Below the pieces are notes generated by a model. That model made no database searches, had not been told where the DNA came from, and saw nothing but the letters and a program-made list of their open reading frames with translations. The position numbers and the translations under genes are program-made. Below are positions 48,420-61,716 of a DNA stretch of 64,000 nt, piece by piece; the stretch's first letter is position 1; each line of letters starts with the position of its first letter. The stretch comes from Balanoglossus misakiensis. Its lineage: Eukaryota; Animalia; Hemichordata. The stretch is from NCBI GenBank assembly GCA_040954595.2, contig CM082590.2, positions 6,076,001 through 6,140,000 on the forward strand, given 5' to 3'.

Positions 48420-51400
48420 ACGCTAATCGTTCAGTGGCATAGCTGGATGCCGCACCATAGTTACCATGGCCGCGTACGAGCGTTTAAGCAACATGCATAC
48501 GCGTCTGCCACTATATGCGGCTAGCGCTGTGATAGGATAATACCAAGTCAGACGCGACCATTTTATTTTGGAGATGTAATATAGAGGTATTGTTAATTTT
48601 GACATCGCCCACACATGTTTAGTAAATTTTCTTCCATGATCACATTCACATTTGAAAAGATAGAATATGTAAACGAAGTGTTACCTTTTAAGCAATGAAT
48701 GACCTGCTAAGACAAATCCAAATTTCAGAGTATCTAGAAAATGATCTACAGGAAGAATGCCATTGAACTAATCCTTTTTAGAAGCCACCCTACCAAATGT
48801 TAAACCTAGTATTGTGATTACAGATTGTATAAAGTTGGAAGGTTGAAATATAGCGTTGATCTTTACTAGTTATTGAAATAAGCACATGGACCGGTGTGCA
48901 TGGATTTACAAAGTTGATCAGACACTGTCGTTATTATCGTAAAGGTTGACCCCGAGAATTGACCAAAATTAAGTTGATCAAATACATTTGTTGTCTCGAC
49001 AGATATTTATGCCAATTCCTTTCTTCTTGTCAAATTTCTTCACTCTGCTCTACACAATGATCCTACGTAAGGTGTCTTGATCATATTCAGCCACTAAACA
49101 TGTAAACATAAACGTGGCAGGATCTTATTTTTCTCCAGATTTGTTTTTAAACAGAAATAGTGTTCAAAAAATATACGCGCGCGTTAAGTATATACCACTA
49201 CTTTCCAATGATAGGTGCAAGTATATAAACTGCCAAACAAACATTTAGAGAGAAAGAGTTTTGTTGCTAATTTTAAGATTGAAAATTAATATGGTCCCTG
49301 ATATTTCTCGACCAGGGTTAACATTAAAAAGGGTTTGTTCGCCTGTATGTACAATATAACATGATGTTTAAGCAATAAATATATTACATGTAAAATCATC
49401 ACGTAAAATATCAGTTTTGCCTCCTAAGCCAATGATTAGTGTAAGTATGGACTACCCAGCAACCATTTTAAGAGAAAGGGATTTGTTGTGGATTTTAAAA
49501 TTTGAAGTTTAACTTGCCCTGATAATTATCGACCATGGGTTAACTTTCAAAAGAAGTTTGTACATCTATATGTACAATAGTGCAGGATGATTCTTAATAC
49601 TTAATGTGGGTTGTTGTCTCCAATACACAATGACACGTACGATTCTCATTTTCAATAAAGTGATCTCAATTAAGACCACGAATTATCGTCTGAGTGATAA
49701 AGAGTTTGACGTATAAGCTTAATTAATTAGGTGACACTCGTTGAATGTACCTGTTAATGATAACATTGATAAAGAATCAAAGTTTAGATACTGTGTGCTG
49801 ACGTTAAACTATAAGGCGAACACACCTTCAGTCACTCAAGGTGACCTGACCGACATATTGTCGAGATATCTCTACTAATTAGGTCGTACTATGTTCTGCT
49901 GCTGTACCAGAGAATCAACGAAATTGTCATAAATAATCAGAATATCGTACTGTAACGTTTTGACTAAATCCTTTTGTTTCTAGCGATGAAATTGAAATAA
50001 ATTAGGAACCAAATAACACGTGTTCAAAAATGGCCACCAATCTTTGTATCAACTCCTTAGAAATGAAAACAAGATGGTGAATACCCAGTTTTCTATGTAT
50101 AAAAAAATTCCCAACTCACTATAATACAAAAACTATAATGTACGTTCATTAAAATTGAAAGTATTGTCATTTCTTTTGATTGTAGATTTTTTGATTCACC
50201 TTTTTATGTATAAAAATATAGGAGTCACCACGCTTGTTTTTTTTAAATACAGAGCCATGAATTTAGTCGATAATAAAATAAAACTGCTCACTCAGCATTT
50301 TTCACCAATGGTTTGTGTATGGGCAAAATAGTTAACGAAATTTATCTCAAAATGGAGCGCGGTGACCATACCATTTTATTTGACCACTGAATTTATTTTA
50401 CTTGATAGAGCAATTATCAATTTAATCCTATGGATAAAAGCCGAATGCGCACATTTTCTAGTTTATGTTCTGCGCGTACATCCTTAAAGGCTTGGGGAAT
50501 ACAACTTGACTGAAAATATGTCCCCGAAGAACATATTACGTTAAGGAGCTGGTGCAAAGAAAGCCCTAACCCTAACACTATATCAAGAAAAACGTCTTGT
50601 CACTGTTTGTAGCGTGTATCTATCGTCACAATGATTTACTATTGGTATTGTAGATGTACCGATTTTAAAGTAGTAAATTATATTATGCCAGGTCAAACAA
50701 ATTACGTTAATGTAAATAGTATAAGACCATTTAGACTATTTGAAGAACATTTAGAATTTTGCATAGCAATGTGTCATAATAGAAACCTTTACGAAAACCT
50801 AACTGTCACTTACAATCTGGTCTGAAGAACCCATGCAAATTCTTATGTACATGTTCCTTAGTAATTTTGAGAGGACAGGGGAACACACACAAGCCTGGAA
50901 TTTCCAATGTGTTGTTTGGACCGAGACTCTCAACAAATAGAAGTTGTTCTTTTATATTTGACTGCAATCTTTTTCTATGTACTTTATAGCAGGGCTTCAG
51001 ATTCTTAGTGCAATACTTATACGTGGGTGACTAGAGCTCAAAAATGAAATATATAAGTATATATAAAAGTTAATGGAGTTGGGCGCTATGTTTCAGGTAG
51101 TATTTAGTTGGGGCAGGATTCATATTAGTTGTTTGTCCTGGCCTGCAGTCGTCTGAGTTTTAATCATTAACGCTGTCCACTGACTTGTAACTTATGAAGT
51201 TCCACACTGCATGTTGGTCTCTAGGTTCCTGCCGTTAACATATCACATCTAAACATCAACTGCGCATGGGCATACCACAGTGACTCCTTCACCACCCGAG
51301 GGACTCAAGCCATTCCTTTATTCCAAAACTGATCAATATTTACTGTTGTGACAATGACATTAATTTAGTCTTTTTGGTTGGATTGTAAGTGTGGCATTTT

Positions 51401-53061
51401 GAAGATAAAGGTGAACACAAACTAAATTTAGAATTTTAACTGACAATATGTCTGATAATATAAATGTCACCACCCCTTAGAGAATGACGTCATCACCAAC
51501 ACACCAGGCTCAACGTGGCACATAGGGTGTGATGCGTCCAAATGTCTAGTCATACCAGGATGGATCTGAGTGCATTCTCGCAACAACTAAATATGACTGT
51601 TTTAAATATACCATACACGCAGCATGCTTAACAGATGATCACATTTAGGCAAAAAATGAAATGTTGACTCATATAGAAGATTAAGGTTTGAAACACTAAG
51701 TACAGAAATGGCTAGGACACTGTAAATTGTGGTTAATCGGAAATGAACATTGTTGCCGTTGACTAAGCAAGAAAAGCCGAATTCTTAAATAGAATATTGC
51801 TTTTTCAAAATGCTGCTGTCAGTGGCGAGTTAAAATCCAACATAACGCCCATGCTAATCTTTAGTTGTCGTTGAAGTAAGCACTGGGCCAGGTGTGAATG
51901 GGTGTACACAGTTGATCAATCACTGTCCTCAGTATCCTACAGGATGACCCTGGAATTTGACCAAACTTAAGCACATCAAATACCTGTGTTGTCACCGCCG
52001 ATATTTACCAAGTGTTGTCTTTGTGATAAACATTTTTAGAGATAAACCGGCCACACTCGTCGAATATTCCTTTTGGTGATATCTCACAGCAGATACGATA
52101 GAATCAAAGCTAATACTACTGTAGATGGAGTTTATCAATCTCACCAAACAAACCTTTAGTCACTAAACTGTATGAACAAGTCATAGCTTGAGAAAAAACA
52201 CCTGTTGAAAAACATACCTGTGCTACTGAGCAATCATTTTGACAATGCCTCTCTAAATATGGCCGACATATTGGCCAGGTATGTCAAATCAATAAGTCGC
52301 ACTATTTTTTTCTGCTGCCGTACAAGAGAATCAATGAAATAGTCATAGATAATCAGACTATCGTTATGTGTTTCAGACATCCAAAGCTTTGAAAATGTGA
52401 TGAAACAAACTTTACGGCAATAATGTACGCGAATCGTACAGTCGTATATAGGCGAATGCCGCATCATGGTTGCCATGGCAGCGCACGGCCGTTTAAGCAA
52501 CTTGCATGTGCGTTTACAACTGTGATCATGCCATGTCAGACGTGACCATTTTATTGTGGGGTGTTCTCTGATTTTGACATCGCCCACACGTCTTCTGTAC
52601 ATTTCTCTTCCACTATCACATGACATTTTGATAATTCAAAATAAGTAAACGAAGTGTTAAACCTTAACATATTTTTATAAAATATGTCAGTGGACATCTT
52701 CCCATGGCGGCCTCAATCAAAAGGCCAAAAAAGTATCAGCAAAAACTAATTAAATGTACAGGACGTTTCCAAAATGTGCTAAATTCATGGTTAAAACTAT
52801 ACCATTTCGTTTGATTTTTCTCTATGACGGGAATTACTGAGATTTTGTGGAAGAAAATGTACAAATTTAGGTGACACATAGTTTTTTGCACCTTGTTTAT
52901 GATAACATTTAACCTCACTTTTAAAAAATATGGCAAGTTAATATAACGCCCATACTCATTTTTACTAGTCGTTGAAATATTCACCAGGTCAGGTATGAAT
53001 GGATGTACAAAGTTGATCAATCAGTGTCCTCAGGATGACCCTGGAATTTGACCAAATTTAA
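48420..53061 (+). repeat. Old diverged local duplication: ~48420-51240 matches ~52420-53061 + 61717-63680; a third partial copy lies at ~51830-52170
   Basis: Colinear diverged matches, e.g. GTCAGACG.GACCATTTTATT, AGTTGATCA...GACCC.G.AATT.GACCAAA.TTAAG and TTGTCCTGG.CTGCAGTC.TCTGAGTTTTAATC. Confidence 0.7.
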
Positions 53062-56000
53062 TCAGACCTGAGCGGGCGGTCCAGCGCCCTGTCCACTTTT
53101 AAGGGTAACAAGCAATGCGCCGGAGTGCTAGCACACGACTGAATCTTTCAATCTACCCAGGAATTTGACCAAATTTAATCAGACCTGAGCGGGCGGTCCA
53201 GCGCGCTGCCAACTTTTAAGGGTAACAAGCAATGCGCCGGAGTGCTAGCACACGACTGAATCTTTCAATCTACCCAGGAATGTGACCAAATTTAATCAGA
53301 CCTGAGCGGGCGGTCCAGCGCGCTGCCCACTTTTAAGGGTAACAAGCAATGCGCCGGAGTGCTAGCACACGACTGAATCTTTCAATCTACCCAGGAATTT
53401 GACCACATTTAATCAGACCTGAGCGGGCGGTCCAGCGCGCTGCCCACTTTTAAGGGTAACAAACAATGCGCCGGAGTGATAGCACACGACTGAATCTTTC
53501 AATCTACCCAGGAATTTGACCAATTTAATCAGACCTGAGCGGGCGGTCCAGCGCGCTGCCCACTTTTAAGGGTAACAAGCAATGCGCCGGAGTGCTAGCA
53601 CACGACTGAATCTTTCAATCTACCCAGGAATTTGACCAATTTAATCAGACCTGAGCGGGCGGTCCAGCGCCCTGTCCACTTTTAAGGGTAACAAGTAATG
53701 CGCCGGAGTGCTAGCACACGACTGAATCTTTCAATCTATCCAGGAATGTGACAAAATTCAATCAGACCTGAGCGTGTAGTCCAGCACGCTGCCCACTTTT
53801 AAGGGTAACAAGCAATGCACCAGAGTGCTAGCACACGACTGAATCTTTCAATCTATCCAGGAATGTGACAAAATTCAATCAGACCTGAGCGTGTAGTCCA
53901 GCACGCTGCCCACTTTTAAGGGTAACAAGCAATGCGCCGGAGTGCTAGCACACGACTGAATCTTTCAATCTATCCAGGAATGTGACAAAATTCAATCAGA
54001 CCTGAGCGTGTAGTCCAGCACGCTGCCCACTTTTAAGGGTAACAAGCAATGCGCCGGAGTGCTAGCACACGACTGAATCTTTCAATCTATCCAGGAATGT
54101 GACAAAATTCAATCAGACCTGAGCGTGTAGTCCAGCACGCTGCCCACTTTTAAGGGTAACAAGCAATGCGCCGGAGTGCTAGCACACGACTGAATCTTTC
54201 AATCTATCCAGGAATGTGACAAAATTCAATCAGACCTGAGCGTGTAGTCCAGCACGCTGCCCACTTTTAAGGGTAACAAGCAATGCGCCGGAGTGCTAGC
54301 ACACGACTGAATCTTTCAATCTATCCAGGAATGTGACAAAATTCAATCAGACCTGAGCGTGTAGTGCAGCACGCTGCCCACTTTTAAGGGTAACAAGCAA
54401 TGCGCCGGAGTGCTAGCACACGACTGAATCTTTCAATCTATCCAGGAATGTGACAAAATTCAATCAGACCTGAGCGTGTAGTCCAGCACGCTGCCCACTT
54501 TTAAGGGTAACAAGCAATGCGCCGGAGTGCTAGCACACGACTGAATCTTTCAATCTATCCAGGAATGTGACAAAATTCAATCAGACCTGAGCGTGTAGTC
54601 CAGCACGCTGCCCACTTTTAAGGGTAACAAGCAATGCACCAGAGTGCTAGCACACGACTGAATCTTTCAATCTACCCAGGAATGTGACAAAATTCAATCA
54701 GACCTGAGCGTGTAGTCCAGCACGCTGCCCACTTTTAAGGGTAACAAGCAATGCGCCGGAGTACTAGCACACGACTGAATCTTTCAATCTATCCAGGAAT
54801 GTGACAAAATTCAATCAGACCTGAGCGTGTAGTCCAGCACGCTGTCCACTTTTAAGGGTAACAAGCAATGCGCCGGAGTGCTAGCACACGACTGAATCTT
54901 TCAATCTATCCAGGAATGTGACAAAATTCAATCAGACCTGAGCGTGTAGTCCAGCACGCTGTCCACTTTTAAGGGTAACAAGCAATGCGCCGGAGTGCTA
55001 GCACACGACTGAATCTTTCAATCTATCCAGGAATGTGACAAAATTCAATCAGACCTGAGCGTGTAGTCCAGCACGCTGTCCACTTTTAAGGGTAACAAGC
55101 AATGCGCCGGAGTGCTAGCACACGACTGAATCTTTCAATCTATCCAGGAATGTGACAAAATTCAATCAGACCTGAGCGTGTAGTCCAGCGCGCTGCCCAC
55201 TTTTAAGGGTAACAAGCAATGCGCCGGAGTGCTAGCACACGACTGAATCTTTCAATCTACCCAGGAATTTGACCACATTTAATCAGACCTGAGCGGGCGG
55301 TCCAGCGCGCTGCCCACTTTTAAGGGTAACAAGCAATGCGCCGGAGTGCTAGCACACGACTGAATCTTTCAATCTACCCAGGAATGTGACCAAATTTAAT
55401 CAGACCTGAGCGGGCGGTCCAGCGCGCTGCCCACTTTTAAGGGTAACAAGCAATGCGCCGGAGTGCTAGCACACGACTGAATCTTTCAATCTATCCAGGA
55501 ATGTGACAAAATTCAATCAGACCTGAGCGTGTAGTCCAGCACGCTGTCCACTTTTAAGGGTAACAAGCAATGCGCCGGAGTGCTAGCACACGACTGAATC
55601 TTTCAATCTATCCAGGAATGTGACAAAATTCAATCAGACCTGAGCGTGTAGTCCAGCGCGCTGCCCACTTTTAAGGGTAACAAGCAATGCGCCGGAGTGC
55701 TAGCTCATGACTGAATCTTTCAATCTACCCAGGAATGTGACCACATTTAATCAGACCTGAGCGGGCGGTCCAGCGCGCTGCCCACTTTTAAGGGTAACAA
55801 GCAATGCGTCGGAGTGCTAGCTCATGACTGAATCTTTCAATCTACCCAGGAATGTGACCACATTTAATCAGACCTGAGCGGGCGGTCCAGCGCGCTGCCC
55901 ACTTTTAAGGGTAACAAGCAATGCGCCAGAGTGCTAGCACATGACTGAATCTTTCAATCTACCCTGGAATGTGACCAAATTTAATCAGACCTGAGCGGGC

Positions 56001-59000
56001 GGTCCAGCGCGCTGCCCACTTTTAAGGGTAACAAGCAATGCGCCGGAGTGCTAGCACACGACTGAATCTTCCAATCTACCCAGGAATGTGACCACATTTA
56101 ATCAGACCTGAGCGGGCGGTCCAGCGCGCTGCCCACTTTTAAGGGTAACAAGCAATGCGCCAGAGTGCTAGCACATGACTGAATCTTTCAATCTACCCTG
56201 GAATGTGACCAAATTTAATCAGACCTGAGCGTGTAGTCCAGCGCGCTGCCCACTTTTAAGGGTAACAAGCAATGCGCCGGAGTGCTAGCACACGACTGAA
56301 TCTTCCAATCTACCCAGGAATGTGACCACATTTAATCAGACCTGAGCGGGCGGTCCAGCGCGCTGCCCACTTTTAAGGGTAACAAGCAATGCGCCAGAGT
56401 GCTAGCACATGACTGAATCTTTCAATCTACCCTGGAATGTGACCAAATTTAATCAGACCTGAGCGGGCGGTCCAGCGCGCTGCCCACTTTTAAGGGTAAC
56501 AAGCAATGCGCCGGAGTGCTAGCTCATGACTGAATCTTTCAATCTACCCAGGAATTTGACCACATTTAATCAGACCTGAGCGGGCGGTCCAGCGCGCTGC
56601 CCACTTTTAAGGGTAACAAGCAATGCGTCGGAGTGCTAGCACACGACTGAATCTTTCAATCTACCCAGGAATGTGACAAAATTCAATCAGACCTGAGCGT
56701 GTAGTCCAGCACGCTGTCCACTTTTAAGGGTAACAAGCAATGCGCCGGAGTGCTAGCACACGACTGAATCTTTCAATCTACCCAGGAATTTGACCACATT
56801 TAATCAGACCTGAGCGGGCGGTCCAGCGCGCTGCCCACTTTTAAGGGTAACAAGCAATGCGCCGGAGTGCTAGCACACGACTGAATCTTTCAATCTACCC
56901 AGGAATTTGACCACATTTAATCAGACCTGAGCGGGCGGTCCAGCGCGCTGCCCACTTTTAAGGGTAACAAGCAATGCGCCGGAGTGCTAGCACACGACTG
57001 AATCTTTCAATCTACCCAGGAATTTGACCACATTTAATCAGACCTGAGCGGGCGGTCCAGCGCGCTGCCCACTTTTAAGGGTAACAAGCAATGCGCCGGA
57101 GTGCTAGCACACGACTGAATCTTTCAATCTACCCAGGAATTTGACCACATTTAATCAGACCTGAGCGGGCGGTCCAGCGCGCTGCCCACTTTTAAGGGTA
57201 ACAAGCAATGCGCCGGAGTGCTAGCACACGACTGAATCTTTCAATCTACCCAGGAATTTGACCACATTTAATCAGACCTGAGCGGGCGGTCCAGCGCGCT
57301 GCCCACTTTTAAGGGTAACAAGCAATGCGTCGGAGTGCTAGCACACGACTGAATCTTTCAATCTACCCGGGAATGTGACCAAATGTAATCAGACCTGAGC
57401 GGGTGGTCCAGCGCGCTGTCCACTTTTAAGGGTAACAAGCAATGCGCCGGAGTGCTAGCACACGACTGAATCTTTCAATCTACCCAGGAATGTGACCAAA
57501 TGTAATCAGACCTGAGCGGGTGGTCCAGCGCGCTGTCCACTTTTAAGGGTAACAAGCAGTGCGCCGGAGTGCTAGCTCATGACTGAATCTTTCAATCTAC
57601 CCAGGAATTTGACCACATTTAATCAGACCTGAGCGGGCGGTCCAGCGCGCTGCCCACTTTTAAGGGTAACAAGCAATGCGCCGGAGTGCTAGCACACGAC
57701 TGAATCTTTCAATCTACCCAGGAATTTGACCACATTTAATCAGACCTGAGCGGGCGGTCCAGCGCGCTGCCCACTTTTAAGGGTAACAAGCAATGCGCCG
57801 GAGTGCTAGCACACGACTGAATCTTTCAATCTATCCAGGAATTTGACCACATTTAATCAGACCTGAGCGGGCGGTCCAGCGCGCTGCCCACTTTTAAGGG
57901 TAACAAGCAATGCGCCGGAGTGCTAGCACACGACTGAATCTTTCAATCTACCCAGGAATTTGACCACATTTAATCAGACCTGAGCGGGCGGTCCAGCGCG
58001 CTGCCCACTTTTAAGGGTAACAAGCAATGCGCCGGAGTGCTAGCACACGACTGAATCTTTCAATCTACCCAGGAATTTGACCACATTTAATCAGACCTGA
58101 GCGGGCGGTCCAGCGCCCTGTCCACTTTTAAGGGTAACAAGCAATGCGCCGGAGTGCTAGCACACGACTGAATCTTTCAATCTATCCAGGAATTTGACCA
58201 CATTTAATCAGACCTGAGCGGGCGGTCCAGCGCGCTGCCCACTTTTAAGGGTAACAAGCAATGCGCCGGAGTGCTAGCACACGACTGAATCTTTCAATCT
58301 ACCCAGGAATTTGACCACATTTAATCAGACCTGAGCGGGCGGTCCAGCGCGCTGCCCACTTTTAAGGGTAACAAGCAATGCGCCGGAGTGCTAGCACACG
58401 ACTGAATCTTTCAATCTACCCAGGAATTTGACCACATTTAATCAGACCTGAGCGGGCGGTCCAGCGCGCTGCCCACTTTTAAGGGTAACAAGCAATGCGC
58501 CGGAGTGCTAGCTCATGACTGAATCTTTCAATCTACCCAGGAATTTGACCACATTTAATCAGACCTGAGCGGGCGGTCCAGCGCCCTGTCCACTTTTAAG
58601 GGTAACAAGCAATGCGCCGGAGTGCTAGCACACGACTGAATCTTTCAATCTATCCAGGAATTTGACCACATTTAATCAGACCTGAGCGGGCGGTCCAGCG
58701 CGCTGCCCACTTTTAAGGGTAACAAGCAATGCGCCGGAGTGCTAGCACACGACTGAATCTTTCAATCTACCCAGGAATTTGACCACATTTAATCAGACCT
58801 GAGCGGGCGGTCCAGCGCGCTGCCCACTTTTAAGGGTAACAAGCAATGCGCCGGAGTGCTAGCTCATGACTGAATCTTTCAATCTACCCAGGAATTTGAC
58901 CACATTTAATCAGACCTGAGCGGGCGGTCCAGCGCGCTGCTCTCTTTTAAGGGTAACAAGCAATGCGCCGGAGTGCTAGCACACGACTGAATCTTTCAAT

Positions 59001-61716
59001 CTACCCAGGAATGTGACCAAATTTAATCAGACCTGAGCGGGCGGTCCAGCGCCCTGTCCACTTTTAAGGGTAACAAGCAATGCACCGGAGTGATAGCACA
59101 CGACTGAATCTTTCAATCTACCCAGGAATGTGACCAAATTTAATCAGACCTGAGCGGGCGGTCCAGCGCCCTGTCCACTTTTAAGGGTAACAAGCAATGC
59201 GCCGGAGTGATAGCACACGACTGAATCTTTCAATCTACCCAGGAATGTGACCACATTTAATCAGACCTGAGCGGGCGGTCCAGCGCGCTGCCCACTTTTA
59301 AGGGTAACAAGCAATGCGCCGGAGTGCTAGCACACGACTGAATCTTTCAATCTATCCAGGAATTTGACCACATTTAATCAGACCTGAGCGGGCGGTCCAG
59401 CGCGCTGCCCACTTTTAAGGGTAACAAGCAATGCGCCGGAGTGCTAGCACACGACTGAATCTTTCAATCTACCCAGGAATTTGACCACATTTAATCAGAC
59501 CTGAGCGGGCGGTCCAGCGCGCTGCCCACTTTTAAGGGTAACAAGCAATGCGCCGGAGTGCTAGCACACGACTGAATCTTTCAATCTATCCAGGAATTTG
59601 ACCACATTTAATCAGACCTGAGCGGGCGGTCCAGCGCGCTGCCCACTTTTAAGGGTAACAAGCAATGCGCCGGAGTGCTAGCTCATGACTGAATCTTTCA
59701 ATCTACCCAGGAATTTGACCACATTTAATCAGACCTGAGCGGGCGGTCCAGCGCGCTGCCCACTTTTAAGGGTAACAAGCAATGCGCCGGAGTGCTAGCA
59801 CACGACTGAATCTTTCAATCTACCCAGGAATTTGACCACATTTAATCAGACCTGAGCGGGCGGTCCAGCGCGCTGCCCACTTTTAAGGGTAACAAGCAAT
59901 GCGCCGGAGTGCTAGCTCATGACTGAATCTTTCAATCTACCCAGGAATTTGACCACATTTAATCAGACCTGAGCGGGCGGTCCAGCGCGCTGCCCACTTT
60001 TAAGGGTAACAAGCAATGCGCCGGAGTGCTAGCACACGACTGAATCTTTCAATCTATCCAGGAATTTGACCACATTTAATCAGACCTGAGCGGGCGGTCC
60101 AGCGCGCTGCCCACTTTTAAGGGTAACAAGCAATGCGCCGGAGTGCTAGCACACGACTGAATCTTTCAATCTACCCAGGAATTTGACCACATTTAATCAG
60201 ACCTGAGCGGGCGGTCCAGCGCGCTGCCCACTTTTAAGGGTAACAAGCAATGCGCCGGAGTGCTAGCACACGACTGAATCTTTCAATCTACCCAGGAATT
60301 TGACCACATTTAATCAGACCTGAGCGGGCGGTCCAGCGCGCTGCCCACTTTTAAGGGTAACAAGCAATGCGCCGGAGTGCTAGCACACGACTGAATCTTT
60401 CAATCTACCCAGGAATTTGACCACATTTAATCAGACCTGAGCGGGCGGTCCAGCGCGCTGCCCACTTTTAAGGGTAACAAGCAATGCGCCGGAGTGCTAG
60501 CACACGACTGAATCTTTCAATCTACCCAGGAATTTGACCACATTTAATCAGACCTGAGCGGGCGGTCCAGCGCGCTGCTCTCTTTTAAGGGTAACAAGCA
60601 ATGCGCCGGAGTGCTAGCACACGACTGAATCTTTCAATCTACCCAGGAATTTGACCACATTTAATCAGACCTGAGCGGGCGGTCCACCGCCCTGCCCACT
60701 TTTAAGGGTAACAAGCAATGCGCCGGAGTGCTAGCACACGACTGAATCTTTCAATCTACCCAGGAATTTGACCACATTTAATCAGACCTGAGCGGGCGGT
60801 CCAGCGCGCTGCCCACTTTTAAGGGTAACAAGTAATGCGCCGGAGTGCTAGCACACGACTGAATCTTTCAATCTACCCAGGAATGTGACCAAATTTAATC
60901 AGACCTGAGCGGGCGGTCCAGCGCCCTGTCCACTTTTAAGGGTAACAAGTAATGCGCCGGAGTGCTAGCACACGACTGAATCTTTCAATCTACCCAGGAA
61001 TTTGACCACATTTAATCAGACCTGAGCGGGCGGTCCAGCGCGCTGCCCACTTTTAAGGGTAACAAGCAATGCGCCGGAGTGCTAGCACACGACTGAATCT
61101 TTCAATCTATCCAGGAATGTGACAAAATTCAATCAGACCTGAGCGTGTAGTCCAGCGCGCTGCCCATTTTTAAGGGTAACAAGCAATGCGCCGGAGTGCT
61201 AGCACACGACTGAATCTTTCAATCTACCCAGGAATTTGACCACATTTAATCAGACCTGAGCGGGCGGTCCAGCGCGCTGCCCACTTTTAAGGGTAACAAA
61301 CAATGCGCCGGAGTGATAGCACACGACTGAATCTTTCAATCTACCCAGGAATTTGACCACATTTAATCAGACCTGAGCGGGCGGTCCAGCGCGCTGCCCA
61401 CTTTTAAGGGTAACAAGCAATGCGCCGGAGTGCTAGCACACGACTGAATCTTTCAATCTACCCAGGAATTTGACCAATTTAATCAGACCTGAGCGGGCGG
61501 TCCAGCGCCCTGTCCACTTTTAAGGGTAACAAGTAATGCGCCGGAGTGATAGCACACGACTGAATCTTTCAATCTACCCAGGAATGTGACCAAATGTAAT
61601 CAGACCTGAGCGGGTGGTCCACCGCCCTGCCCACTTTTAAGGGTAACAAGCAATGCGCCGGAGTGCTAGCACACGACGGAATCTTTCAATCTACCCAGGA
61701 ATGTGACCAAATTTAA
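53062..61716. repeat. 117-bp tandem satellite, 74 units
   Basis: Consensus TCAGACCTGAGCGGGCGGTCCAGCGCGCTGCCCACTTTTAAGGGTAACAAGCAATGCGCCGGAGTGCTAGCACACGACTGAATCTTTCAATCTACCCAGGAATTTGACCACATTTAA. 8655 bp = 74 x 117 minus three 1-bp deletions. Stop codons occur in all six frames. Confidence 0.97.

Noticed and set aside
50563-50577. Telomeric CCCTAA repeats
   Set aside because: Only two units.
53062-53178. Hammerhead ribozyme (minus-strand CTGATTA/CTGATTGA...GAAA) or histone stem-loop (CCCACTTTTAAGGG) in the satellite unit
   Set aside because: The core is not CUGANGA and no convincing stems I-III form. The histone stem does not pair and there is no histone ORF.
53038-61716. CRISPR-like reading (24-bp repeats separated by spacers)
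   Set aside because: The intervening 93-bp segments are all near-identical, there are no cas genes, and the context is eukaryotic.
53062-61716. Coding tandem repeat (117 bp = 39 codons) or array of mini-exons
   Set aside because: Stops occur in all six frames, and the putative CAG|G...G|GTAAC exon is 61 nt with a weak donor.
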